Under the pieces are notes generated by a model, which searched no databases, had not been told where the DNA came from, and saw nothing but the letters and a program-made list of their open reading frames with translations. From Ministeria vibrans ATCC 50519 (Eukaryota; Protista; Filasterea), in the NCBI GenBank assembly GCA_943704425.1, contig CALSCP010001894.1, positions 1-36,882 of the forward strand: a stretch of DNA of 36,882 nt, read 5' to 3'. This document shows positions 23,702 to 35,544 of the stretch, piece after piece. A program made the translations under genes and the position numbers. The stretch's first letter is position 1. Each line of letters opens with the position of its first letter.

Positions 23702-25215
23702 ATGAACCCTCGAAGATATATTCTGATAGGCGCTTTTCTCTTTGCTTTCATCAACTTGTTGTTTGTCAAAAGTCGTACGTGGCTCTCGTTTGTATTCGTA
23801 TTTTGTGTTTGTTGCAGAGCATTTCACACTTGCTCTCCTGTTTAGTCATCTTCACTTCACGCGACGACGATCAGCACTCCACGGTAGCCAGCAAATCAAA
23901 CAGCCACCTTTACTATCTGGGGGACAGGTCAAGGCTGTCTCCCGGCTGGGCTCCAGGCCATTCGAGCATTGCGCGGATGCATGTTGCCAACCAGCACCTG
24001 ACGGGATCACCACGTCGAGCCGTCGACATTGTGTTTGGGGTGCCCACACGACTACGCGACGGGGCTCCGGGCGGCCCCACAGGCTATCTTGAAGGAACGC
24101 TTCGTTCGCTCGTTGAGAATGCCGGCGTGGACAAGGCGGAGGGCGCGCGGAACCTGCGACGAATGCTCATTGTGGTGTTCGTGGCGGAAACCGAAACAAG
24201 CCGAATCGAAAGGGTTGTGGCCGGCGTGGCCCGTGCTGTGGACGCTCAGTATGTGGAACACTCGCCTCTGATTGAGATTGTCCATGCCGATCTCGAGGCG
24301 TACCCGTCGTTTGCGAACATTCCGCTGCTGCACAACGACACGTACGAGCGCGTCCAGTGGCGCGCACGGCAATGCATCGACTATGCTCTCATGCTGGACT
24401 ATGCCCGTGGTCGTGGGACCTTCTACATGCAGCTTGAAGACGACATTATTGCGTCGCCCGATTACTTTCGACAGACTCTCAACTTTATTGCAGAGCAAAA
24501 AATTCTTGCGCCCGCCTGGGTGCTGCTGGAGACCACCCGGCTGGGGTTCATTGGAAAGATCATCCACGATCACGACCTTGACGAACTTGCAGTGGTCTTT
24601 CGGCTCTTCTATCGCGAGCAGCCCGTTGACTTTCTGTTGCTCTTTTGGCTTCGTGTCAAGCAACGACAGCCCGAACGCATTTTTCGCTATCCGTCGCTCT
24701 TTGAACATGTGGGACACGTGTCGACGCTCAAAGGTAAAGTGCAGGATGTGGTCGATGCAAATGCACTGGGGGGCATGCCTTTTCCACCGCGCATGCACAC
24801 CTCGCGCACTCGTGACAATCCCACCACTCAAAAATTGTCGCAAAAGGGCCTGGAGACATTTCGCGAGTACGCCTGGGAGAATGCCTACCTGGGCCTAGGC
24901 TACTTTTGGGGCAAGGGCGTGTCGACCGCATCGGAGTCGTACTTGCTTGCTGAATTTGCAAGCGAGGCACTTGTCAAACGGGTGCTCTGCGAAACAGGCC
25001 ATGAGTCGCGTGCCGACAACATTTTGCGGGCAGCCGTTGTGGAAGTGCTTGAAGCAGGAAGAGGGGAGTGGCAGGGGGTCGCGGCCTTTGATAGCCGAGG
25101 ACGGGCAATGAGTCATCTTGAATCACCTGTGCGCGCACTCGCAGTGCGCATTCGGCTGCTCAAACCGCAAAAGGAGTGGATTATTGTCACCCTTTTCCAA
25201 GTGGACCATGTATAA
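23702..25215 (+). CDS. MGAT4: Alpha-1,3-mannosyl-glycoprotein 4-beta-N-acetylglucosaminyltransferase (GnT-IV, GT54); exons 23702-23774, 23846-25215
   Basis: Type II anchor MNPRRYILIGAFLFAFINLLFVKSL; GVPTRLR, YLEGTLRSL, WRARQCIDYALML, FYMQLEDDI, LGFIGK, FYREQPVDFLL, PSLFEHVGHVSTLKGK; C-terminal lectin-like domain. Confidence 0.9.
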
Positions 25216-25307
25216 AAACGCAGATGTAACATATTGGTGTAAACGTGTGCTGTACAGTCCATATTGTCTTTGCGTGCTGTGTCAGTTTCACTGTATTGTC
25301 ATACTAT

Positions 25308-27750
25308 TCAGGGCATGGAGATCTCTTCAAAAGGACCAAAAAACCCGCCGTAATGGTTGAAAGCAAGCCAACAGGCACAGCGGTCGCCCTACGAGAGGCG
25401 AGAGAGGTAAGTGTGTAAACAGAGAAAAGGGGAAACAGCGTACGGCGACGTGGGCTGGGCAGGCAAGGTCATGTGCAGTATCGTTGTTGGAGTAGAATGA
25501 CTTTTGGAGAACATCAAGGCGAGAGCGCATGGTGGCCAGGCGGTGCGGGTCTTCGCTGGCGAGGTCGTGCATTTCAAGGGGATCCGTCGCAACGTTGTAG
25601 AGACAGCCCGACGAGCCACAGTCGTAGTTGACCTTCTCGGGATCGTGACTTGACGATGTGCTGTTGGGATAGTGTGGACCCGTGTGTGTCGCCGTGGGCT
25701 GCAAGAGTGAAGGAAGGAGAGAAGAGAGGAAAAGGGGAGTGGGGAAAGAGAGAGATTCAATCATTTGATCAGAGTGTGAAAAGTGGCGCAAAGTGATAAT
25801 AAGGGGAGGAAATCATTCGAAAATCATTCACCCTAATCGCTTTGCTTACCTGTGAGCCAAGCATGAGCTTGAAGTCGCCCGATATGAGGTGCTGGGGACT
25901 CAGGGGGATCTCAGTGCGAGGGCTCTTGGTGACTTCGCCCTTGAGCAGCGGCCACATATTGAGCGAGTCGATGGGCGGCAGACCTGACTGCGCCGCTAAC
26001 GTATCTGTCGGATCCACTCCGCCAAGTCCCTGCAAAAGCCGGCCGGCCGTTCGCAACAGAGGTATTTTCTTTTGTTTAGTCTCAATTGCGTTGTTCTTGC
26101 GTTGACTGTTCCAACTGACCTCCACAAAAGTCGAGTACCAATCAGCAATGCTGATGATCTCATTCAGCTGAGTACCCCGCATTTTCTCTGGCAAAGCACC
26201 GCCCGACACAAACGACGCAGCACGAATGCCCCCTAATCCACACACACACACAAGTTGGAAAGTCAAGTCTCGCCCAAGTCAAAAGCACCTCACGAACTCT
26301 TCACGAACAAATCCCTGTACCTTCCCAAAAAGAATATTTTCCGCCCTTGAGTGGGTAGTTGTTTGCCCCACTCTCGGCAAGAGTAAGAGGACCGCCATTG
26401 TCAGCCTAACACGAGAAGAGGGAGAGTGAGAAGGAGGAAGAGCTCAGTCAGGTGTGGTGTGTGGGTGCAGTAACAGCAGTACCGACAGAACCATCAGCGT
26501 GTTCTCCCACATGCCGCGCTCCTTCAACTGGCTAGTCACGTTGGCGAGGATGTCGTCAAGAAGGTTGACCATGGCGTGGTACACCTGGCGACATTTCCAC
26601 GTCTCCGTCTGGCCCGGATAAATGTATGGCGACTGCTGACGGCACAAGGGCTCATCGTCTGTCATGAACGAGAACTTGTCGTAGTACGCCTTGGGAACCT
26701 ATCATAGCACACTCAGCACATATAAGTGTTGCCCCTATAATAAATATATATATATATGCTCATAGCTTTACCTGCAGGGGACAGTGCACAATGTGAGGTG
26801 CGTAGAACATAAAGAGTGGCTCTTCCGGATCGTGCTTGCGAATGACCGACTCCACTTCACTGTGAAACAGAAACTCCTCATAGACCTACAAAAAAAAATA
26901 CAAGCAAACACACAAAAGCAGACCATGGGGTATGAATCACAATCTCATTGTCCACGACTGGCTCAGGTCGTACGCCTGTTCCATTTTCGCCGTAGGCAGG
27001 CGCAGTGTCGCGCCAGTAGTCGGTGATGTTGGCAAAGTCAGGACACGACGACTGCATCTCCTTCTCTGTCCAGTAGTTGTTCTTGTGCGAAAAGTAAATC
27101 AGAGACGACTCGTAGCCACGCCCGTGCGGCGTGTGCATCGGCGTCGCCATTCCAGCGTCCCACTGCACCCCACACCAAACACCCAGTCAGTCGCCAACAA
27201 CACATCCTCCCCAGCAACACTCCATACCTTTCCAGCAAAATGCGTTCGGTAGCCGGCCTGCTTCATCTTCACAGCCATGCCCGTCATGTTGCGAGGAATG
27301 CCACAGTTGGGCTCCTCCTGCACAGCGCACACACGAAACCACAGTCAACAACACAAACAACACCAACGACACGACAAGGGCAACTGCGCGTCTGCAGCGC
27401 ATCACATCGTACCGGATTCTTCAAGTTGGTGTTCACGTGCACCGGCAGACGACCGCTCTGGACGGCAGTGCGCGTTGGAGTGCAGAATTTGTGGACGTAG
27501 TGGCGGTTCAACTGGATGCCCTCCTTCACCAGGGCATCCATTGCAGGCGTCGCGACCTCGGGGGTCGCCTGCTCCCGATGGAAGCCCACGTTGCCCCTAC
27601 AACAAGCGAGAAGGCCCCTCAACGACTTGCACACCGCAGTGTCAGGCGATACCATCCAAGATCATCGACGAGCACAAACAAAACGTGCGGCTTCGACGGC
27701 GCTGCAACGGCAGCCGCCACCAAGAACACTCCCAATACAACCAGTCGCAT
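25308..27750 (-). CDS. Formylglycine-dependent arylsulfatase (ARSB/I/J-like), multi-exon, secreted
   Basis: Signal peptide MRLVVLGVFLVAAAVA; PHVLFVLVDDLGWGNVG; FCTPTRTAVQSGRLP (CxPxR); GYRTHFAGKWDAG; HIVHCPLQ; YHAMVNLLDD; ISIADWYSTF; CLYNVATDPLEMHDLA; ends YGGFFGPFEEISMP*. Confidence 0.92.
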
Positions 27751-27942
27751 CAGGGGCAAAAAATAAAAAAAATATATATGCAACGTGATGACTCGGACTG
27801 ATCGCTGATGAGGGAGGGTGATCGACGAACGAGTAGCGAAGTGGGCGAACTCGAAACTTGACCTGAGTTGGCCAACTTCATTTTTTTTCTCTCTCCATTA
27901 CTTGAAGTGTAGTCGACGATTTGTGCGAGACGGTAGCTCAGT

Positions 27943-28493
27943 ATGAGTCTCACCGTCTCGGGAAACATCTGGCCGTCGCTAGGCGGTCCGCCATTCTCGG
28001 ACTATCCTGGTAAGGACCGCAACGGAATGTGAGGTGTGAGTCGCTCTTCAAAACTCTCTCTCTTGCAGACATGTTTGAGGCCATTTTCCTCTGGCTCTTT
28101 GGCACCCTGACACTGGTATTCTGGCTCGCCGGTTGTATTGCTTTTTTCTTCTTTCGAACTCTCAGGCTTTCCGGTAGAGCGTCGCAATACAAATGTTTTT
28201 AGGTTCAAACCAACACACTCGTTCATTTCTTCTCCACGTAGGATTTTTGCCTCTCTTCTTCTTAATATTTGGGAGTTTACTATCGTGTCTCATTGGCAGC
28301 ATTGGTGCAGCCATCATCGCCGGCATTTACTACAACGGTGGATTTCCCATGCCAAGGTATCAAGACGCAAAGCTGCACATTAGTCTTGACTGAAACGTGT
28401 TTGGCTATTAGATCTCAGGCATTGCTGTTTGGTGCCACTCAGAGTGCCATTGTCATTTTCTTTTCGTTCACTCGTCTCTTCTGGACTATGTAA
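27943..28493 (+). CDS. TMEM170: TMEM170 family ER membrane protein (exons 27943-28009, 28069-28173, 28242-28356, 28412-28493)
   Basis: Spliced DMFEAIFLWLFG...LAGCIAFF...SIGAAIIAGIYYNGGFPMPRSQALLFGATQSAIVIFFSFTRLFWTM* matches the TMEM170 pattern (EMWYGVFLW...AAIAGVY..AG..M...AL..G.GQ....SFLRILATL). Confidence 0.85.
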
Positions 28494-28547
28494 CTTTTTT
28501 CACTTCTGTGTACACACTATTACTTTTGAAGACGCGTTACACACACC

Positions 28548-28652
28548 GCCAAAATAGTATGTTCTTCTGTCGGCCTGTCGGCCCCTATTATAAGTATTGC
28601 CAAAATAGTATGTTCTTCTGTCGGCCTGTCGGCCCCTATTATAATTATTGCC
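28548..28652. repeat. 51-bp tandem duplication (2 copies)
   Basis: GCCAAAATAGTATGTTCTTCTGTCGGCCTGTCGGCCCCTATTATAA(G/T)TATT at 28548 and 28599. Confidence 0.95.
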
Positions 28653-28890
28653 GTTGAGGTGTGTGCGTGTGTTTCAAGACGGAAGACGACGTGTAATGCC
28701 CCTTGGTACAAACTACTACTGCCATTGGAAAATAAAATATTATTGACACACAATCAGTTGTCAGAGTCATCAATACTTGATTTCGAAAGTGCAAAGGAAA
28801 AGGAACAACACAAATACCCAAGTAGAAGAACAAGGAAGACGCCACAAAAGAAAAAATACAACGCGTTCAATGACAACGATAATAATACAA

Positions 28891-30626
28891 TCACAGACAA
28901 TGCCTTAAAACATGTGGCAAATCGGTGATATGCGCATCGCCCAGCAGATGGGCTAGGACCACCTCAACATAGTTGAGCAGGTTGAGTTCACGCACACTCG
29001 GGTCGGTAATGCGCGCAAACAGGCGCCCCACCCGGCCCGTGCGCACGCGTGCCCCGGCTGACACGCGCTCATGTTGCGCCATACCCTGACACACCGCCTT
29101 TACTCCATGCCCACTCGCCATCCCACCTCCTGCGCTGCCGTACCGCTGTGCGTGCCCCTGCCGCAACACCTTCTCCACTTGCGCTGCCCCATCCACTCCC
29201 ATGGCGACTGCCACAGTCGTCCGCACAAACACTCTCGTCTGCGCCCAAAACACAATCTCGTCCACTCCCTACACACACAGATCCAACTCCACTTCCAGCT
29301 CCACTTTTCCCCACGCGTACCTCATCCACAGGAATGCCCTCTCCGTAAATCTCCTCCATCAACAAAAAGGTCCCAGACTCTACAGACACAAGTTGCAATC
29401 AAGATGACTCAGAGGTCCCCCCTCTCTGTCAGAGAGTGCGTCTTACGCGACCACACGTTGACGCTGATGGAGAGGGGCGAGTGCGTCTGCACTGCATGAC
29501 CCCAGTACGCCGGCATGAATAGCGTCTGTCCCGCCCCCACCTCTACATCCACCACTCCACGACACCCACTGCACTCCCCCTTCTCGCTGGGCCACCTCGA
29601 AAGATCGTCCTGTGAGTGTCGATAGTGCGCACTCACAGACGGAAAGAGGCGAAAGCAACGCAGCACACACAGCGGAGGGAACAGTAAAAATCGTTTGCGC
29701 CCATAAATCATCACGTGAAGATTGTCTGACGTGTCGTAATGCGCGTGTGCAGTGCTCATGTGACTCCCAATCCATAAATTCACCTAAAAACATACAAAAA
29801 ATAATTAATACGTCTTTATTATTAATAATATTAATAATTTTAATAATAGCTCTCGTCTGTCTGCCTCTCGATTCTTCTATTTACTTTCTCTTAATTGATT
29901 GTGGAAATACCTCGGGAGAATCCTCTTTTGAGAGTGAAAATGGATCAAGGGGATCAAGGTAGGCTCGCAAGGGAGAGTCAGCATCAATGGCGGAGCTCAT
30001 ATAAAAATGGCTCTTGTCCCTTTCAGCAGCCCGAGTCATAATCTAATCAAAAGGGAGTGACAAGTACAACAATGAGCGTAAGGGAGTGACAAGTTCAACG
30101 ATAAGTATAAGGAAGTGACAAGTTCAACGATAAGTATAAGGAAGTGACAAGTTCAACGATAAGTATAAGGAAGTGACAAGTTCAACGATAAGTACAAGGA
30201 AGTGACAAGTGAGAGAAACCAAAGTGCGGTTGTTACAGTGCAATTCCGTACGTCTCAATCTATCACAACTCATTAGCGTACCCGGTCAAAGAACGCGGCG
30301 GGCGTTGTTTCGATCTCTGCAGGCGGTCGCGGCGAACGGAGCGGAAAGGGCTTTCCTTCAGCGAAGTACAGAAAATCACGAGACTCCTGGACTCGCGCTC
30401 GCAGTGTCACAGGCATCCGTGCCATTGACGACGGTGTCCACTGCATAGCCGTCCATTTGCGAGTTGGCGCATCGTCGACAAGGACCGGTTCGTCCGGAAG
30501 ACCAGAGAGCACCGATGAAAAGTTCACATGCTTGATTCCATCTGCCCTCTCTCCCAGCAGCACTTGGTACCCCAGCGCCGCAATCGCAATGGTCGCTGCA
30601 GTAAAGACCAAAGCGCTCGGGGCCAT
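28891..30626 (-). CDS. JmjC/cupin-8 2OG-Fe(II) oxygenase with N-terminal signal/anchor, 5 exons
   Basis: EPVLVDDAP..KWTAMQW; VNLWIG...AHAHYDTSDNLHVMIYGRKRFLLFPP; VGAGQTLFMPAYWGHAV...SISVNVWS (HxD...H). Last exon ends PHVLRHCL*. Confidence 0.88.
30051..30210. repeat. 29-bp intronic minisatellite, ~5.5 copies
   Basis: AAGGAAGTGACAAGTTCAACGATAAGTAT units start at 30051, 30080, 30109, 30138, 30167, 30196. Confidence 0.95.
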
Positions 30627-30950
30627 CAGAGCATCAACTGTCACTGAAGTGAGAAAAAGAATTAAGAAATTGAAATTTTGCTGTTTGCTCTTCTAATTTT
30701 CGGTTGTTTAGTGTTGGAATATCACGAAATACTTATTATAATATAAGCGCTACAAGCGCGTTATGACTTATGACTTATGTTGCATTGCTGATAGTCAAAA
30801 GCCGAAACCACTGTCACGGTGTCAGTCAGGTCAAAGTCAGTCAGTCAGTCAATATCATGTCTTGTCTCTCGAGTGTCTGTCGTCGGTCGGAAAGAGAAGA
30901 AAAAGAAAATCGTTACACTACGGGCTTTACAAGGTTCACTCTCGTCCCTC

Positions 30951-31680
30951 CTAGGGTTGCAGGTCGGGCGGAATCCCCGACGATGCCTCCAAGTCGGTGA
31001 TCTCTCGCATGAGCTTGTCATTTTCCCGCTGCAATTGCTCCAGCTACAAGAAGAGGATCACTCAGTCACAGAGCACAGACGCGCCACCCCCTCGCATCCT
31101 TCCATCCGTCGCGCTTCACATGTCCTTACCTCCGATTTCTCAACGAGTGCCTTCTTTTTCATCTCCCGAATGTAATCTGTCGCCTAAAAAGTGCACAAAA
31201 TGCGTTTTGACAAGTTCGAACGAAAACAGTTCATCGACACACCTTGTTGAGAATGGCAGAGCGTGAGGGCGCGTCGTCTGACATGGCAGGCACCGCTGAC
31301 TTGAGAGTCGCAAACTGCTCTTTGATGTGGTCCCTCTGAACGCCAAAACGACACACAAGAAAAAAAAAAAAAAAAAAAAAAAAAAGGAGAGAATCAATGT
31401 GGCAACGACAAAGAGGTGTCTAAATCAGTCTGCTTGGCCGTCAACCAAATGCAGACAGTGTGCACAACCCGCTGGTGCGCAGACGGAGGCGGTTCGAACA
31501 GCGGGCGCAGTCGACAGCGCAACGACCTTCACTCTGCCTCTCGCTCAAGCGTACCCTCTTCCGCTCCAGTGCATTGTGGTTCGCCCGCTTGTTTGCATCA
31601 CGCCTGGAAGGAAGACGGGCGGCGTTGAGCACAGCGCAATCGATCGAATGAACTTTTTACTTCTTCCGTCCTTCGCTCAT
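30951..31680 (-). CDS. MAX: Max bHLH-ZIP transcription factor, 102 aa (exons 31680-31661, 31603-31555, 31335-31243, 31183-31130, 31043-30951)
   Basis: Spliced MSEGRKKRDANKRANHNALERKRRDHIKEQFATLKSAVPAMSDDAPSRSAILNKATDYIREMKKKALVEKSELEQLQRENDKLMREITDLE... carries the Max-diagnostic KRAxHNALERKRRDHIK, SRxxILxKATxYI and a leucine zipper. Confidence 0.93.
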
Positions 31681-31987
31681 GTCTGCTGCAACGCCTCGCT
31701 CGCTGTATGCGCTCTGGTTCTAAACTCTAATGGGAAGGCAGTTTTTTGGTGTCCAGTAAGACTGTACAGCAAAATGCAAATTTTTGATCTCGATTGACGA
31801 TTTGCGTTTCCGTTTTGGTGTTGGCGATCGGTTGAGATTACAGATTTGATAAATATCACATGATTTCGTAGCTTTGCAATCTTGACCGACAACGCCCACG
31901 ACCGGCACGAGACGCTCTTGAACGCATAGCTGCTCTCCTCCAGCGCTGACCGCAGCCTCCACCCCCTCGCAGCAGCGCGGGCCGGCC
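31681..31987. promoter_or_regulatory. Bidirectional promoter region MAX / Mondo-like, with non-canonical E-boxes
   Basis: 307 bp between divergent ATGs; TCACATGA at 31856-31863 and CACGAG at 31906-31911. Confidence 0.45.
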
Positions 31988-34628
31988 ATGGAGACGCTGG
32001 GCTCCGTCTTCGCGCACGTACGCCCTTCCCATGGCCCCACAGCCCCCTCACCCGACACCTTCTTGCTTAGTTTCGCACGCTGAAAGAGGCAGACACCGAC
32101 AGTATCAAAGAGGCAAGCTCGCGTCGCTGGCGAGTGTACAGTTCTCACGAGAAGGTAAAAAAGTGCGTTCGACAAACACCCGTCAACTCACTTCTTCTCT
32201 TTGCGCGGCAGTCGGACCCCGTTCGCGATGTCATCGAGCGCTACGGCCTGGTCACGGAAGCGTGTACTTCAGGCCGACGAGTGCGCACCGAAAGGGAACA
32301 TTCGGTACGTCTCACGTCGCACCACACGTCTTTCAAACGCACCCCCCACTCATCCGCGGTTGCGCACGACAGGAATATCGCCGGATAGACAACGCTGTTT
32401 GGCGTATGTTTGCACGTCTGCAACGTCGAAAGCGTCGACGTGCGCCTCAGGCTGTGCCGTCAGAGCCAATCGAGGCAGACCCAATGGCGTCGTCGTCGTC
32501 GTTGACCGACACACACGAACCCATGGACTTTATGCCCACTGCTGTCAGCGATGCTTCCCCATCGCACCTGCTGGGCTTAACCTCTCCAGGCTTAATCGAA
32601 GCGTCTCTATCCGATGCTTTGGACCCCGACACTTGGGAGTGGCTCACGTCCACTTGGGAGCCCTCTGGTAGGATGCTGATCATTTCGTGGCGTCGTATCT
32701 CATACTTTTTATTTCCTTTCAGACACGATGGATACAACCAGTGATCAGGGCATTGCTGCGCTGCTAACAGGGGCACTGGAACCCACCACGCCGTCCCCTG
32801 CACCGCTCACAGCGTACCCTGCCCATGCAGCTCCGCCTCAGTCTCGCATTGTGACCTCTTCCCTTTCTCAGCCTCCGCCTCCTCATTCGTTTGGCGCCAC
32901 AGCGGCTGCTGCGTCTGTTCAAAGAGTCCCCAACCCTTATTACTCGTTTTCTGTGTCCCACTCTTCTCGTGTAAAGCAAGAAGAAGGCGTTGCTCCATAC
33001 TTCCCCAACGACTCCATCCCCGAACACTCGGATAGTCTCTCCTCCCGCCGGCCCCGTCGACGAGCCACCCGCTCCCTCTACGACGAGTCCGCCACCACAA
33101 CTACAACGACGACTACAACGGCTGCCGCGTCTTCCTCCTCCTCCAGCAACCTTCACCGCCACTCCGTCACATCCACCCGAGACAGTCCCTACGTGAACCT
33201 CGACCATCTCAGCCCATCGTCGTCGTCCCTCTCTCCTCCTGCCCACCTCCACCTTTCTTCCTTCCCCTCCTCCTCCTTTGCGGCGTCTGCTGCTGCTGCT
33301 GCTACTGCTGGCGGTGCTGCTACGAGTGCTCAGTCGGCTACCACAACAGAGGAGCAGAAGCGACTTGCGCATATCCAGGCAGAGCAAAAGCGGCGCAAGG
33401 GGCTTAAGGGGGGCTTTGAGGCGCTGCAGGGATTGCTCCCGTCCGACGCAAAGCTCACCAAACAGGCTATTGTCAAGAAGTCAATGGACTACATTGCTCA
33501 TCTCCAGAAACAAGTGAGTATCGTGTGTATGTATGTATGTATGTATGTATGTTTGTATGTATGTATGTTTGTATTTGTGTGTGTTGTAGATGTGTTTCGT
33601 CGCTGTTCTTTCCTCACTGCTCTGTTGCGTAGACGGCCGATCTGGACACTGAACTTACCCAGCTGCGCGCAAAAGTTGCTCAAGCGCAACTCAAGAGAGT
33701 GTATGCACAGTTTGAGAGAGAGTGTGTGTGTGTGAGGAATATGTGCTCACGCGCTCGTGTGTGTCTAGGCAAACGCAGCCGACAGAGCCAGCGCCTGACC
33801 TGTCCAGTCCCTCTGCAGCACATCTTATGAAGGCTCAGACGGTACATCTTTATGCACTCTTCGTAGTGATATACTTCTTACTTATACATAATATTCTCTC
33901 TCTTTCAGTTTGAGCACTTTTTTGATCTTCTGTATGAATCATTCTCTGCGTCAGTGCGCCTCTCGTCTACTGCGGCACTGCGTTCGTCCATTTCAATGTG
34001 GCTTACAGCCACGTTTACGCAGGATCGTCTGCAACAGGTAAGTTGCATTGTACAGATAGAGAGGAGGGAGGGAGGGAGAAAGAAACATATTGATAGAAAG
34101 ACGAAAGCAATGGAGACCAATCTGCCAATTTTGTGTAGATTGCAAGTGAGGCGGTGCAGCGCAGTGCAAATGCCCATGTGCGTGCAATGCAGCAGCAACG
34201 GGAGGCAGTGCAGCGCGCGCTGGGCACTGTTCTCCTCGGTGCTACACGCGCGCCCCACACACACATGAGGGAATCCACCGCTACTTCCACTGCGTCAGCG
34301 GCGGCCACTGCCGCCGCCGCCGCTGCTGCTGCTGCTGCTGCTACTCCTTTTCCTTCTGCTCATGCCAATCCTGGAAGTACTACTGATCTCTAATGCACCT
34401 GCACACACACACACGTTGCATCGCTCACACATTTTCTTGTTTGTTGCAGTGGACAATCTCTTAGCCACTCTCATTGCATTTGCAAACAATCCGGGCGCTG
34501 TGGCCAATGCTGCTGCCGCTGCTTCCGCCTCCACAGCCTCCTCATCTGCTGCCCCCGTACCCCCCGACCACGCAACTCTCATGGCTCTCCTTAATCATGC
34601 TCAGCGTCACTCTAACAACAATCATTAA
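31988..34628 (+). CDS. Mondo (MLXIP/ChREBP)/Mlx-family bHLH-ZIP factor, ~659 aa, 10 exons (31988-32017, 32071-32154, 32212-32304, 32373-32667, 32723-33513, 33633-33700, 33769-33841, 33909-34037, 34139-34376, 34450-34628)
   Basis: MCR3-like RRIDNAVWRMF (cf. Mondo IRLNNAIWRAW); basic region KRLAHIQAEQKRRKGLKGGFEALQ...LTKQAIVKKSMDYIAHLQ; zipper LDTELTQLRAKV; DCD-like FEHFFDLLYESFSASV...LRSSISMWL...LQQI. All introns are GT-AG and frame-consistent. Confidence 0.85.
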
Positions 34629-34699
34629 AACCACTGTATTATAACACTTATACTTATTACAAAAGAGACGTATTATTTTGATCGTGTCAACATCGACAA

Positions 34700-35424
34700 C
34701 TACAGCGTTGTCCATAATACCACACTCACTCGGGGGGCGCGGTGCAGTGTCGTAGGAAGAGCACTCCCATCCAGTTGATCTGCATTCGCAATGTTGGTCG
34801 TCAAATCGTCAGAGTCGCTCAAACGAATGCCATGAGCGAAACTATGAATGACGGAGAAGCTTAGAGAGATCTTTTTGAATGATCATGACCCACGCTTGCA
34901 TACTCGTAAACTGATTGGTTGCGAGTTGACAACACTGAACCGGGCGGAAGGTAGACGCGTAGGGTCTCGGGCGTTGCCAGCAGCTCAGAGTGGACACTCG
35001 TCCCGCTGTGCCCATTCACAGTGCAGGGAACTGTCTGCTCCTCTGTCTGAGGCACACGCCAGAACGAAAGCACCGAGGCACTCCCAAGAGTCACCACAAA
35101 CGTAGCGCCGACATAGCCGTCCTTGTGCGGTATCATTTCATAGGGTGTTCGCCAGTAGAAGTTCACCGAAACTTGTGCGATCTCCTCCCCATCCCGCAAC
35201 AGCTTCTGTGCCTTGAGTGCGTCCACGATTGTAGACACAAAAGAAGGATAGTTTGTGGGCGCAAAGGCGGTCAGACGAGGCGCATGGATGGAGCGGGTAA
35301 TGCCACGGTTGCGCAGTGGGAAGTTCACTGCCGCCGCTGCCGAGTAGCACTCTCGAGACTGTGCCTCGTCCAGAAATTGAGCCAGAAACTGGCTGTCAGG
35401 AAGGCCGGGCACTGGCGATGCCAT
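34700..35424 (-). CDS. AlkB-family 2OG-Fe(II) dioxygenase, ALKBH6-like (2 exons)
   Basis: QVSVNFY...MIPHKDG...VVTLGSASVLSFW...VYLPPGSVL...YDFAHGI...LHRAPRVSVVLW (HxD...H...R..RxS). Confidence 0.8.
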
Positions 35425-35544
35425 AGAAATCCCTTTCTTCTTTCGGATGTGGACAAAAATGTGACTAGATCAGTCGATATTCATCACACACAATCTCACT
35501 GCTGACTGCTCGAGGCTCACTATTTTCACTTATCCAACTTCAAC

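Noticed and set aside
30051-30210. 29-bp repeats as a CRISPR array
   Set aside because: Contiguous tandem units with no spacers, in a eukaryotic intron, with no cas genes.
31897-31911. ChoRE (CACGAC-CGG-CACGAG) in the Max/Mondo promoter
   Set aside because: Spacer is 3 nt; a ChoRE needs 5 nt.
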